DNA of 64,000 bases. Source: Hyphomonadaceae bacterium UBA2389 (lineage in GTDB: Bacteria; Pseudomonadota; Alphaproteobacteria; Caulobacterales; Aquidulcibacteraceae). The notes beneath the pieces are model-generated. The model saw nothing but the letters and a program-made list of their open reading frames with translations. It was not told the origin of the DNA and ran no database searches. A program made the translations under genes and the position numbers. The DNA lies in contig DDSN01000143.1 in the NCBI GenBank assembly GCA_002343395.1, forward strand, positions 2,873-66,872. Direction: 5' to 3'. This document shows, piece by piece, positions 11,600-20,775 of this stretch; position 1 is the first letter of the stretch; each line of letters starts with the position of its first letter.

Positions 11600-11629
11600 A
11601 AAGGCCCGACTTAACCGTCGGGCCTTTTT
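11600..11629. terminator. Intrinsic terminator between bactofilin and prfB
   Basis: AAAGGCCCGAC-TTAACC-GTCGGGCCTTT hairpin with T-tract on + strand, between convergent genes. Confidence 0.85.
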
Positions 11630-11642
11630 CTATTGGCTTGGC

Positions 11643-12774
11643 TCACTCAATGTCGGCCACCTGCTTTTCCGCCGCTCCGCTGACGCGCGCCGCCAAGGAC
11701 GCGGCCATGAACTGATCGAGATCGCCGTCCAGAACGCCCTGCGTGTCCGAGGTTTCAACACCGGTCCGCAGGTCTTTGACCATCTGGTAGGGTTGAAGAA
11801 CATAGGACCTGATTTGGCGCCCCCAACCGATCTCGGTTTTTGTGTCCTCCAAAGCCTGTGCGGCGGCTTCCCTTTTCTGCAACTCGGCTTCGTATAATCT
11901 CGCTCGCAGCATGTCCCAGGCGGCGGCGCGGTTCTTGTGCTGACTTCGCTCCGACTGGCAAGCAACGACGATGCCGGTTGGCATGTGTGTGAGTCGAACT
12001 GCTGAATCGGTCTTGTTTACGTGCTGACCGCCCGCGCCTGATGAGCGGTAGGTATCGGTGCGGACATCCTTCTCGTTGATTTCGATCTCAATCGACTCAT
12101 CGATCTTGGGGTACACCCAAACACTCGCGAAGGACGTGTGCCGGCGTGCGTTTGAATCGTAGGGACTGATGCGCACAAGCCGATGAACGCCCGCCTCGGT
12201 TTTGAGCCAGCCGTACGCGTTTTCTCCCTGCACTAAGATGGTCGCCGACTTAATGCCTGCTGTGTCGCCGCCCTGCTCCTCAAGCAGATCGACTTTGAAA
12301 CCGCGCGCGCCCGCCCAGCGCGAATACATGCGCAGCAGCATCTGAGTCCAGTCTTGGCTCTCCGTGCCGCCGGCGCCAGAGTTGAACTCCACGTAGGCGT
12401 CGTTGCCGTCTGCTTCTCCTGAAAGCAGCGCTTCAAGCTCGGCTTTTGAAGCACGCTCTCTGACCTTGGCCAATGTCGCTTGCGCCTCGTCAATGAGCCC
12501 CTCATCGCTTTCCGCCTCAGCCATCTCGGCGAGTTCGACCGAGTCGCGTAGATCGCGCTCGAGTGACAAAATCGACGACATGCCTGCTTCGAGCTTGTTA
12601 CGCTCGCGCATGAGCTTTTGGGCTTTCTCCGGATCGTTCCAAAAATCGGACCGTTCGGAGAGAGCGGTTAGTTCGTCAAATCGGACCTGGGCGCGATCCC
12701 AGTCAAAGACGCCTCCGAAGTAAGGACACCACGGATTCAATCTGCTCGGCTAAGTTGGCGATCTCTGCGCGCAC
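11643..12774 (-). CDS. prfB: Peptide chain release factor 2, programmed +1 frameshift
   Basis: GTG 12774 gives [23 protein letters not shown], then CTT TGA C, continuing +1 as DWDRAQ...; SPY anticodon and GAGGQHVN motifs. Confidence 0.97.
12702..12716 (-). promoter_or_regulatory. prfB autoregulatory frameshift cassette
   Basis: Minus strand GGAGG-CGT-CTT-TGA-C: internal Shine-Dalgarno 3 nt before the slippery CTT TGA. Confidence 0.95.
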
Positions 12775-12849
12775 GACCAAGTTCCTAAAGACCAAAAGAC
12801 TCAGCAGGTTGGATAGGCGATTGGCAAGGCCAGGCAAAGCCCGCGTCGA

Positions 12850-15420
12850 CTAGTAAAGTCCCCCAAGGTCCTCGGACTGCTCTTGATCGTTGCGTTGGCG
12901 CCGCTCCGTTCCACTCGGCGTAACGCCAAAGTCCGAGAGAACCCGCGGATCAATTGGATCGGTGCCGCCAAAGACGAAGGGCGAAGAGCTCACATCGCGC
13001 GTGGGCTCGGTATCGGGCCGGAACGCCTCAAGAATCGTTTGCGTCGTGCTTGGGCCGGGTAGCAATCCAGTCTGAGCGTCAATGCGGACAAGCCTAACCC
13101 CGCCGGGAATTCTGAACGGCGTTGGTTGGGTACCATCCAGAGCGACGCGCATGAAATCCCGGAAGATTGGCGCCGCGATGCGCCCACCGGTTTCCGCGTC
13201 TCCCATATCGCGGGGCGTATCAAAACCAGCCCAAACGCCGACAACGAGGTCGGGCGAGAATCCGATGAACCACGCATCCTTGTAGTCGTTGGTGGTTCCT
13301 GTTTTTCCGCCTAGCGGATAACCGAGTTCGGCGACGACGGTCGCCGTTCCGCGTTGCACCACACCTTCGGCCATTGAGACGATCTGATAGGCGGTGACCG
13401 GGTCCAACACCTGCTGGCGGGTATCCGCCAACGTCGGCGGCGCTTGGCGGCGCCAAGGCGCCGTGCATTCGGGGCATTCGCGCTGATCGCGTCGGAACAC
13501 CGAACGGCCCGTGCGATCTTGTATCCGGTCAACGAGGACTGGCTGAATCCACCGACCGCCATTCACGAACATTCCGTACGCTGTGGTCATGCGCATGAGC
13601 GACGTCTCGCCGGCGCCTAGGGCCAACGAGAACACCGCCGGGGTATTTTCACCGTAGACGCCCAAGCGCTGTCCGTACTGGAGCACGCGCTCTGGTCCCA
13701 TCTCGTAGGCGACACGCGCGGTCATCGCATTTCGCGACATCTCCAAGCCGCGCCGCAACGTGGTTGGCCCATAATACTCGCGCGTGTAATTTTCCGGTGA
13801 CCAGTTGGTTCCATCACCAGCTTCAATCGCCAACGGACCATCGTCGATGAGAGTTGCGGGCGTTAATCCGTAGTCCAGAGCCGCTGCATAGACGATTGGT
13901 TTGAAGGACGAGCCGGGTTGGCGCATCGCTTGGGTCGCGCGGTTGAGTCCGCCCACTTCGTTAAACGAATAGCCGCCTACCATCGCGAGCACGCGGCCGG
14001 TGTGGGGGTCTATGGCGACGAGAGCGCCTTGTATCTCCGGCACCTGCCGCAGCGTATAGCCGCCATTCGAACCGCGCGTCGCGTAAACGATTGCGCCGCG
14101 ACGGAGGGCGCGATCTGTTTCTCGGCGCGCACCCTGGGCCGCCCACTGCGCATCATTATTGGAGAGGCGCCCGCTCTGGCCGCTTTCGTCCGTAAGCGTG
14201 ATCGCGCCGTTCGCGACGCGCGTTACCATGGCGCGCGCCCAGTTGGATAGTTGTGGGGGCGCGGCAGCCGCATGCAACTGCGCCTGTACGTCGCCATCGG
14301 CATCACCTGATCCGATCGGCCCGCGCCACAGATGGCGCCGATCATAGGCTTCAAGACCTGCGCGCAAGGATCGCGCGGCGGCGAGTTGCAACCGCGTGTC
14401 GATCGTCGAGCGAATAGACAGACCCCCATCATAAAGAGCGTCTTCGCCGTATTGATCCTGCACTTGCCGTCGCACTTCCTCCACGAAGTGTGACGCGGCG
14501 ATGAACTCATCGCCGGCAAGCCGGTCAGTGGTCACAAGCGGAGCGGCTTGGGCTTCGGCAGCTTGTTCTTGCGTAATCACGCCGCGTTCAAGCATGCGGC
14601 TAATCGCGTAATTTCGCCGCGCCACAGCCCGATCGAGGTGGCGCGGCACTTGGTAGTTCGCGGGGCCTTTAGGCAGGATGGCGAGATAAGCGGCCTCAGC
14701 CACCGTGAGTTCAGATAGCGGCTTGTCAAAATAATTGAGCGCTGCGGCTGCTACTCCGTAGGCCCGGTTTCCCAGGTAAATCTGGTTGAGATACAGTTCC
14801 AGGATTCGTTCTTTGTCGAGCGCGCGCTCGATCCGTTGCGCCATGAGACCTTCGCGGAACTTGGTATAGACAGCGCAAAAAAGTCCGCGGATGCCGCCCT
14901 CGCAACCCGCGGCGCGTCCGGTAAGCATGTTGCCGGCGACCTGCTGCGTAATGGTGGAAGCACCCTCGAGCCTGCGCCCGCGCAAGACATTGCCCACGTT
15001 TGAGAGCATGGCGCGCGCGAGGCCAGCATAGTCGATCCCCGAATGCTCAAAGAAGCGCGAGTCCTCGACGGAAATGAAAGCGTTCTTCACATAGTCAGGA
15101 ATCTGTTCGATCGGCACAAAAACCCGCTGCTCACGCGCAAACTCCGCGACCAATGCGCCATCACCCGCGTGGACACGACTTGTCACTGGCGGTTGGTAGT
15201 CTTGGAGGTCTTCGAGGCTTGGCAGGCCCTGCAAGGCAACAATCAAGAAACCGCCAATCGCTAGAACGCCGACTCCTGCCATGGCGGCGACGCCGAGCAA
15301 GATTTTCCGCCACAGCGAGCCGCGCCTTAACCAGCCGCCGCCGTCGTCAAAATCGTCGCTGAAGCCGCGCCCACGGATGTCGCCGTCCCAGTCGCGTCCA
15401 AAGGAATCGTCCTGCCGCAT
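12850..15420 (-). CDS. mrcA: Class A penicillin-binding protein 1A
   Basis: EDSRFFEHSGID, GASTITQQV, RQPGSSFKP (SxxK), SRN, KTGT; likely ATG 15420. Confidence 0.95.
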   Translation of the reverse strand: MRQDDSFGRDWDGDIRGRGFSDDFDDGGGWLRRGSLWRKILLGVAAMAGVGVLAIGGFLIVALQGLPSLEDLQDYQPPVTSRVHAGDGALVAEFAREQRVFVPIEQIPDYVKNAFISVEDSRFFEHSGIDYAGLARAMLSNVGNVLRGRRLEGASTITQQVAGNMLTGRAAGCEGGIRGLFCAVYTKFREGLMAQRIERALDKERILELYLNQIYLGNRAYGVAAAALNYFDKPLSELTVAEAAYLAILPKGPANYQVPRHLDRAVARRNYAISRMLERGVITQEQAAEAQAAPLVTTDRLAGDEFIAASHFVEEVRRQVQDQYGEDALYDGGLSIRSTIDTRLQLAAARSLRAGLEAYDRRHLWRGPIGSGDADGDVQAQLHAAAAPPQLSNWARAMVTRVANGAITLTDESGQSGRLSNNDAQWAAQGARRETDRALRRGAIVYATRGSNGGYTLRQVPEIQGALVAIDPHTGRVLAMVGGYSFNEVGGLNRATQAMRQPGSSFKPIVYAAALDYGLTPATLIDDGPLAIEAGDGTNWSPENYTREYYGPTTLRRGLEMSRNAMTARVAYEMGPERVLQYGQRLGVYGENTPAVFSLALGAGETSLMRMTTAYGMFVNGGRWIQPVLVDRIQDRTGRSVFRRDQRECPECTAPWRRQAPPTLADTRQQVLDPVTAYQIVSMAEGVVQRGTATVVAELGYPLGGKTGTTNDYKDAWFIGFSPDLVVGVWAGFDTPRDMGDAETGGRIAAPIFRDFMRVALDGTQPTPFRIPGGVRLVRIDAQTGLLPGPSTTQTILEAFRPDTEPTRDVSSSPFVFGGTDPIDPRVLSDFGVTPSGTERRQRNDQEQSEDLGGLY

Positions 15421-15538
15421 TGAGCCCCGCATTTTGCGCGTAGTTGAACGGTCGGGCCTCACCCCGCAATAGGGCGCGATTAAGGCGACGCGCTCGTAAT
15501 GTCCACAGGCGGCTGCTAGCGCCGAAACCGCGCCGTTT

Positions 15539-16690
15539 TTAGGCGCGCGCGTACATTTGCGGCCCAGCGAAGTAAGTATCCACTGACTGCGCCATCGCCT
15601 CGGCCAGCCGCTCCCGCGCGCGGGGGTCCGTGAGCCGGCGCTCGTCGGCCACATTGCTCAAAAAGCCAGTCTCAATGAGAACCGCCGGCACATCGGGCGC
15701 AAGCAGAACGTAAAAGCCTGCGTTCCGGTGCGTGTTTCGGAGGAGTGGGGCGACCTCACCGACCCGTGGGATCAGCGTCTGGGCAAACTGCGCAGAGCGA
15801 TTGGTCGTTTCCCGCTGATAAAGATCCACGAGGATGTCGCGCGCGACCCCCTGCCGTGGCGCTTCCCCCAAATCAATTTGCCAGTTTTGCGCACTGACCA
15901 TGGATTGGGCGCGATCCTCCCCGCGCTCTGAAATCGTGTAAACGGACGCACCTTGGGCGGCGGCATTGGCGTGCGAGTCCGCATGAATGGAAATGAACAG
16001 GTCCGCGTTCTGCGCACGCGCGAACCGAACGCGCTGTTCAAGCTCGACAAACTCGTCCCGGTCCCTTGTGAGCGCGACCGAGTAGCGTCCACGGCTCTCA
16101 AGTGCTTGGCGCAACATGAGCGCAGTGTTCAGGACCACATCCTTTTCGCGAACCCCCGTGGCGCCGATCGCTCCCGGATCACGCCCACCGTGGCCCGCGT
16201 CAATAACGACAGTTCGGCGGGGCGCGCTTCGTCCGAGGTATTCCTGCGGCGCACGCTGCGGCGCGTTCAAAGTTATAGCCGCGAGATCAAACCGAATGTT
16301 TGGGTCTTCGCGACCGCCCAAATCCTGCCTTACAAGCCGCGCTTCTCCCGCCAAGTCCAACACGAGCCGCGCGTTCCCGTCAGGGCGGGGCGCATGGCGA
16401 AAACGTCTGATAAAGCCCAGACCTTGCCCCTCTCCGGCAGCGCCGTGGGGAAGCTCCAAGCGTGTATTGGCGAGATCGATCACAAAGCGATCCGGTCCGC
16501 TCAGGAAAAATGTGTTCACGGCGGCGCGGGCGTTGAGCGCCAACGCAACCCGAACGCCGCCGCCGCCCGTGGGCTGGAGCGCGACCGCGCGCAAGGTGGT
16601 GGGAACGCTCGCCCATGCAGGCGCACCGAGGGCCGCGCCGCCGAGTGCGGTCGCGCCAAAGAACGTAAGTGAGCGCCGGGTAACGTTCAT
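15539..16690 (-). CDS. amiC: N-acetylmuramoyl-L-alanine amidase (AMIN + Amidase_3), Tat signal
   Basis: TRRSL twin-arginine, VIDAGHGGRDPGA, FISIHAD, PAVLIETGFLSN. Confidence 0.93.
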   Translation of the reverse strand: MNVTRRSLTFFGATALGGAALGAPAWASVPTTLRAVALQPTGGGGVRVALALNARAAVNTFFLSGPDRFVIDLANTRLELPHGAAGEGQGLGFIRRFRHAPRPDGNARLVLDLAGEARLVRQDLGGREDPNIRFDLAAITLNAPQRAPQEYLGRSAPRRTVVIDAGHGGRDPGAIGATGVREKDVVLNTALMLRQALESRGRYSVALTRDRDEFVELEQRVRFARAQNADLFISIHADSHANAAAQGASVYTISERGEDRAQSMVSAQNWQIDLGEAPRQGVARDILVDLYQRETTNRSAQFAQTLIPRVGEVAPLLRNTHRNAGFYVLLAPDVPAVLIETGFLSNVADERRLTDPRARERLAEAMAQSVDTYFAGPQMYARA

Positions 16691-16837
16691 GAAGCGAACA
16701 CATTACCAGCCTCCGCTTGCTATCCAGTTGAAAAGGAAGGTGAAGCGGCCGCTAACCAACAATCGCTTCGCGAACTGCAACATTGCCGACGCAATCCTCT
16801 GAGAGACAGGGCAAGTTAACCTAAGGGAGGTCGCGAG

Positions 16838-18112
16838 ATGCGCTTGGCGAAGGTCCTGCTAACTTGGGCATCCCTTTGTGTCTCCGCAGCCGCACAGGCT
16901 GACGACGCGATAACGGCAGCGCAGGAGTTTCGTACGATTTGCGGAGCCGATGCGGGCGCGCTCTGGGGCGTCAGCCTGTGCGGCCCCCTGCTGATCGTCG
17001 ATCCTTCAACCCGGGCCGCATGGGGAACTCAACCGGATTCCAACGGCGTTCTCAGCCCTTCCGACAACCAAGGGGGTTGGGTCGGCACTCTGCCGCCGAA
17101 CATCGGGATAGCCAACACGGCTGCCGATTGGGGTGGCGTACGTTGGAGCATGATCTTGGCGCCCTTGCCCACGATCTCTGAAGAACGCCGCGTGTTGCTT
17201 GCGCACGAAGCCTGGCATCGCATTCAGGACCAGATTGGTTTGTCGGCTGTCGGCTCCGACAACGCCCACCTCTCAGCCGAGCAAGGTCGTTACTTCATGC
17301 GTCTCGAGATGCGGGCGCTAGCCACTGCTCTGATGTCAGCCTCGGCTGCGCGTCGCCGCGCCGCGCTCGACGCCCTGGCCTTTCGTCGCGCACGTTTGGC
17401 TCTGTTCCCCGACGCAACCTCCGATGAGGCCGCGCTCGATCGCAACGAAGGACTCGCGGCCTATACTGGCGTTAAGCTCGGCGCCGGCCAAAACGCGGCC
17501 ATCTTCGCCGCAAGATCGCTTGGAGCCTACGATCGGCACTCGGCGCTGGCGCGCGCCTACGCCTACGCAACCGGGCCAGCCTATGGGCTTCTGCTTGATG
17601 AATTTCAGCCGGACTGGCGTCGACGCCTGACGAACTTCGCCCCCGCTGATTTGCTTGCCATGGCGCTGCGCGCGCCTCAGTTGAGCGACCGGCAACTCTC
17701 GCGCCTTGAGCGTCGCTACGGCGGCCCTACTGTCGCCCGCGAGGAACGCGATAGGGCAGCTGCCGAACGAACCCGGGTCGCGGAACTGAGAAATCGTTAC
17801 TCCGTCGGCCCGCGCCTTGTGTTGCCCCTCAGCCAGGCCCAGATGGAGTTCGACCCCAATCAGGTCACGCCCGTTGATGGGCTCGGTTCATACTATTCAA
17901 GGCTTACGCTGCGCGACCGCTGGGGCGAGATTATCGCGGACGAAGGTGCCCTCATAAGTGCGGACTTTCAATGGGTTAGCGTTGCGCAGCCCGCCCCGGA
18001 CGGACAGAGCGGACCGGGCTGGCGCCTCCGCCTCGCCCCGGGACTGGTTGTTGTCGAACCCGGCGCTGACGGGGCGTGGCGGGTGCCGAGTCCGCCGGAA
18101 ACCACGCAATAG
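16838..18112 (+). CDS. Secreted hypothetical protein with HExxH...NEG (gluzincin-like) motif
   Basis: GGGAGG RBS, Sec-type signal peptide (AAAQA), HEAWH at aa 123-127, RNEGLAAY with E204. Confidence 0.7.
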   Translation: MRLAKVLLTWASLCVSAAAQADDAITAAQEFRTICGADAGALWGVSLCGPLLIVDPSTRAAWGTQPDSNGVLSPSDNQGGWVGTLPPNIGIANTAADWGGVRWSMILAPLPTISEERRVLLAHEAWHRIQDQIGLSAVGSDNAHLSAEQGRYFMRLEMRALATALMSASAARRRAALDALAFRRARLALFPDATSDEAALDRNEGLAAYTGVKLGAGQNAAIFAARSLGAYDRHSALARAYAYATGPAYGLLLDEFQPDWRRRLTNFAPADLLAMALRAPQLSDRQLSRLERRYGGPTVAREERDRAAAERTRVAELRNRYSVGPRLVLPLSQAQMEFDPNQVTPVDGLGSYYSRLTLRDRWGEIIADEGALISADFQWVSVAQPAPDGQSGPGWRLRLAPGLVVVEPGADGAWRVPSPPETTQ

Positions 18113-18462
18113 CGCGCTCGACGCTTCCTTTCCTTCACGAATTCATGCAAAGGTGCCCTATCGTCGTTTTGGGCGCTTTTCGGGATCCCCCCAACCCAAG
18201 CGACGCTCTCCCCGCGATATGGGCAAGCGTCTCATCCCGCGGGCTGCGCCCACAGAGGGCAGCGCCCGCATCAGGACCAGCGACCTCGTCCAAGTCGATA
18301 CGGAGAGCTTCTTCGCCGCCCCGAGGGCGGCCATTTTGGAGTCCGCCGTGATCCCTTGGGATCATCACTTTCACAGCCTGCGTCGCCCCGCTGGCCGGCC
18401 TGCGGAACTACTCTCCGCAGGACCCGCCGCGCCTGAGCGCGACGCGCACGGAGCCTGTTTGC
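18113..18462 (+). promoter_or_regulatory. Structured promoter/5' leader of rne
   Basis: 350-nt intergenic region with hairpins at 18239-18269, 18315-18331, 18349-18364 and 18399-18421. Confidence 0.5.
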
Positions 18463-20691
18463 ATGGCAAAGAAAATGCTCATCGACGCCGCACACCCGGA
18501 AGAAACCCGGGTCGCGGTGCTCGACGGAAACCGCGTTGAGGATTTTGATTTCGAGGTCCAATCCAGAAAACAGCTTCGGGGCAATATCTATCTGGCGAAG
18601 GTGACGCGTGTTGAGCCGTCATTGCAGGCGGCGTTCGTTGAGTACGGCGGCAATAGACACGGCTTCCTTGCGTTCTCGGAGATCCATCCCGACTACTACG
18701 CCATTCCGACAGCCGATCAGGAAAAGATCAAAGCAGAGCTGGCCGAAGCTGAAGCGCGCGCTGCCGAGGACGACACCGAAGAAGACGAAGCCGCCGCTGA
18801 GGAGCGGCGGCGCCGCGTTCTAACGCGTCGCTACAAGATCCAAGAGGTGATCCGCCGTCGCCAGATCATGTTGGTGCAGGTGGTCAAGGAAGAGCGCGGC
18901 AACAAAGGCGCTGCTCTCACAACCTATTTGTCGCTTGCAGGGCGCTATTGCGTACTGATGCCGAACACCGGGCGTGGCGGCGGCATCTCACGCAAGATCA
19001 CCCAGGCGACCGACCGTAAGCGCCTCAAGAAGATCGCCCTGGAACTGAACGTTCCCCAGGGCCAAGGACTGATCATTCGCACCGCGGGCGCCAAGCGCAC
19101 GAAGACCGAGATCAAACGCGATTACGAATACCTCTCGCGCGCCTGGGAGACGATCCGCGACGACACGCTCAAATCAATCGCACCCGCGCTGATTTATGAA
19201 GAAAGCTCGTTGGTCAAGCGCGCCATTCGCGATCTATACGACAAGGACGTCGACGAAGTTCACGTTGAAGGAGACGCCGCCTACAAGGAGGCCAAGGACT
19301 TCGTAAGAATGCTCATGCCCAGCCACGCCAAGCGTGTGCATTTGTGGAAAGACCCTACGCCGATATTCGCCAAAAACGGTGTCGAGCGGCAACTTGAATC
19401 CATTTATTCACCGATCGTCCATCTGAAGAGCGGCGGTTACATTGTCATCAACCAAGCCGAAGCGCTTGTGGCTATCGACGTGAACTCTGGGCGCGCAACG
19501 CGCGAACGCAATATTGAACAAACCGCTCTCAAGACGAACCTGGAAGCCGCGGACGAAGCCGCGCGGCAAATGCGGCTGCGTGATCTCGCCGGCCTCATCG
19601 TGATCGACTTCATCGACATGGAGGAGAACAAGAACGATCGTTCGGTGGAAAAGCGAATGAAGGACAACCTTCGCTTTGACCGCGCGCGCGTTCAGATGGG
19701 CAAGATTTCCGGTTTCGGTCTGCTTGAATTGTCGCGCCAACGTAGGCGCACCGGCGTCCTCGAAGGCACCAGTCACGTCTGCGAGCACTGCCAAGGATCT
19801 GGGCGCATTCGGTCGGTCGAATCCGCCGCGCTTACTTTGTTGCGAGCACTAGACGAAACCGCCGCCAGACAACGCAATCGCACCATCGAAGCACGTGCTC
19901 CCGCCGACGTCGCGATATACTTGCTCAACGAAAAACGCGACGCGCTTACGGCGATAGAGGACAGCCGCAAGGTACGACTACGCGTGCTGGCCGGACACGG
20001 CATGGCGTCGGCCGATTTCGAAGTAAACGTAAGCGGCGACGCTTTCGAAGAGGCGGGCGGGGAATTCGAGGCAGATGTCCCGTCACGCGACGATCGCGAG
20101 TCCGTTCGTTTGACCGAGTCGCCCGAAGAGGACGTCGACGATTCCGACGAGGAAGTGGTCGAGGCTACCGATCGCGGCGAGCAGGACGGCGAACGACGCG
20201 GACGCCGGCGCCGCGGCCGGCGGGGCGGCCGTAAGCGCAAGGCGGAAGACGGCGAGGCAGCAGAATCGGTCCTCGCCAAAGCCGAAGTCGCCGACGACGC
20301 AGCCGAGGCTACCCCAGAAACCGAGCGTGACCGACGCGGCGGAAAACGTCGTCGACGCGGTCGCGGCCGTGGCCGGCGGGTCTACGAAGTCGACGGTGGC
20401 GAATGGCTCGATTTCGTGAGCGCGGACCCCAAGCAGCTCGGTCCCCGCCCCGAACGGCACCAACCTAGAGCAACGGTCGAGGCCGAACCGCCGCCGACGC
20501 CATCGGGTGACGTCATCGACTACCCAAGCCGACCACCGGAGCCGCTTCCAGAACCAAACGATCTGGGTAATCCTCAAAGTGAGGAACCAACCGTGATGGA
20601 AGCGGCGATGGAAGCGGCCTACGAACCCGATCAAGAGCGCCGCGACAAATTCTTCTCGAGGCTCTCGCGGTGGGCGAAAAAAAACGGCTGA
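18463..20691 (+). CDS. rne: Ribonuclease E
   Basis: KKMLIDAAHPEETRVAV, S1 domain, IDVNSG, LRDLAGLIVIDFIDM, CEHC Zn-link, charge-blocked disordered C-terminus. Confidence 0.97.
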   Translation: MAKKMLIDAAHPEETRVAVLDGNRVEDFDFEVQSRKQLRGNIYLAKVTRVEPSLQAAFVEYGGNRHGFLAFSEIHPDYYAIPTADQEKIKAELAEAEARAAEDDTEEDEAAAEERRRRVLTRRYKIQEVIRRRQIMLVQVVKEERGNKGAALTTYLSLAGRYCVLMPNTGRGGGISRKITQATDRKRLKKIALELNVPQGQGLIIRTAGAKRTKTEIKRDYEYLSRAWETIRDDTLKSIAPALIYEESSLVKRAIRDLYDKDVDEVHVEGDAAYKEAKDFVRMLMPSHAKRVHLWKDPTPIFAKNGVERQLESIYSPIVHLKSGGYIVINQAEALVAIDVNSGRATRERNIEQTALKTNLEAADEAARQMRLRDLAGLIVIDFIDMEENKNDRSVEKRMKDNLRFDRARVQMGKISGFGLLELSRQRRRTGVLEGTSHVCEHCQGSGRIRSVESAALTLLRALDETAARQRNRTIEARAPADVAIYLLNEKRDALTAIEDSRKVRLRVLAGHGMASADFEVNVSGDAFEEAGGEFEADVPSRDDRESVRLTESPEEDVDDSDEEVVEATDRGEQDGERRGRRRRGRRGGRKRKAEDGEAAESVLAKAEVADDAAEATPETERDRRGGKRRRRGRGRGRRVYEVDGGEWLDFVSADPKQLGPRPERHQPRATVEAEPPPTPSGDVIDYPSRPPEPLPEPNDLGNPQSEEPTVMEAAMEAAYEPDQERRDKFFSRLSRWAKKNG

Positions 20692-20775
20692 GGGACGACG
20701 ACGCGGCGTGGGCCTTGTTCCCGCCCAAAACCCTCGCTTGAAGGGAGTGGGGCCGAACAATGCGAAGGAGCCTTG

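Noticed and set aside
15421-15654. N-terminal extension of PBP1a overlapping amiC
   Set aside because: Upstream alternative-start artefact; ATG 15420 gives a normal cytoplasmic tail plus TM
16741-16757. Possible CtrA boxes upstream of amiC (TGAA-N7-CTAA) and of the M23 gene (TTAA-N7-GAAA near 9696)
   Set aside because: Two mismatches each to TTAA-N7-TTAA; plausible but not supportable by eye
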